Made by a program: the position numbers and the translations under genes. 64,000 nucleotides of DNA. Origin: the human T2T-CHM13v2.0 reference genome, Homo sapiens. Shown here in pieces: positions 59,340 through 64,000 of this stretch; within the stretch, counting starts at the first letter, position 1; every line of letters starts with the position of its first letter. The stretch is taken from NCBI RefSeq assembly GCF_009914755.1, contig NC_060946.1. One strand, given 5' to 3'. The notes under the pieces are model-generated. The model made no database searches. It was not told where the DNA came from and saw only the letters and a program-made list of their open reading frames with translations.

Positions 59340-59788
59340 CTTTTTAGCACTGAATATTTCATTGGATATAGCACAGTTTATATGTTGACTCACCTTCTGA
59401 AAAATATGTTGTTTGATTCCAACTCTTGGAAATCATAAGTGAAAATGCTATAAATATTCACCTGCAAGTCTTGGTGTGAACATACGTTTTGAACTCATTT
59501 CGGTAAATGACAAAGAGTGCAATGGCTGAATTGCATGGTAAGACTGTGTTTAGTTTTCTAAGAAACTGCCACATTGTCTTCCAAAGTGAAAATATACTGT
59601 TTTGCATTCCAGCCAGCAGTGAATGAGAATTTTTGTTGCTCTACATCTTTGCCAGCATTTGGTGCTTTCTGTGTTTTGAATTTTGATTATTCTAATGGAT
59701 ATGTTTTGGTATCTCATTGTTGTTTAAATATGCATTTCCTTGATGGCATATGATAAGCATCTTTTCATATGCTTACATGCAATTTGCA
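59340..59788 (-). mobile_element. Ancient L1M (L1MB/L1MC-like) 3'-region fragment
   Basis: GCTATAAATATTCAC..GTGTGAACATACGTTTT..TAAGAAACTGCCACATTGTCTTCCAAAGTG..TTTGCATTCC..CAGCAGTGAATGAGA..CATCTTTGCCAGCATTTGG..CATCTTTTCATATGCTT. Confidence 0.82.
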
Positions 59789-60027
59789 TTTTTTTTTCTT
59801 TTTTTATTTTACTTTTTTTTAAATTATACTTTAAGTTTTAGGGTACATGTGCACATTGTGCAGTTTAGTTACATATGTATACATGTGCCATGCTAGTGCA
59901 CTGCACCCACTAACTCGTCATCTAGCATTAGGTATATCTCCCAATGCTATCCCTCCCCGCTTCCCTCACCCCACCACAGTCCCCAGAGGGTGATATTCCC
60001 CTTCCTGTGTCCATGTGATCTCATTGT

Positions 60028-63854
<3,827 letters not shown>

Positions 63855-63917
63855 TATGATGTTAGCTGGTGATTTTGCTCGTTAGTTGATGCAGTTTCTT
63901 CCTAGTCTCGATGTTCT

Positions 63918-64000
63918 TTACATTTTGGCATGATTTTGCAGTGGCTGGTACCAGTTGTTCCTTTCCATGTTTAGCACTTCCTTCAGGAGCTCTTTTAGGG
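63918..64000 (-). pseudogene. L1 ORF1 3' end (partial)
   Basis: Minus strand ...CTAAAAGAGCTCCTGAAGGAAGTGCTAAACATGGAAAGGAACAACTGGTACCAGCCACTGCAAAATCATGCCAAAATGTAA. Confidence 0.85.

Noticed and set aside
43137-59393. ORFs such as KKFLRMLLSS / YPLADSTKRVF
   Set aside because: Translations of alpha-satellite monomers.

Overview
Human (or great-ape) pericentromeric heterochromatin with no intact protein-coding gene. Left to right: (1) 48-bp CER satellite (1-~9126) with internal 96-bp, 192-bp, ~2.5-kb and ~5.9-kb duplications; (2) a full-length but dead L1PA3/PA4 element on + (~9146-15296) that keeps the 129-bp 5'UTR segment and has no visible TSD; (3) ~17.7 kb of ancient interspersed repeats (L1M, MER39-, MER65-, MER20-, MER77/68-like, THE1, MLT1, Alus) plus a GA-rich tract, probably a duplicated euchromatin-derived block; (4) diverged HSat2 (~32976-42527); (5) alpha satellite (~42528-59339) in three layers, the last carrying CENP-B boxes and a relic 16/17-monomer higher-order duplication; (6) a complex junction to an old L1M fragment, into which an L1PA2-like element inserted on the minus strand and runs past the window end. 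Nearly all ORFs in the track are satellite, simple-repeat or L1 artefacts. I see no convincing new gene system. The notable signals are structural or mutational: the relic HOR with independent CENP-B box decay, a templated junction, a 5-substitution cluster at the L1 RT active-site motif, and variants shared by the two inverted L1s. Subfamily names rest on recalled consensus sequences and need RepeatMasker/HMM confirmation.
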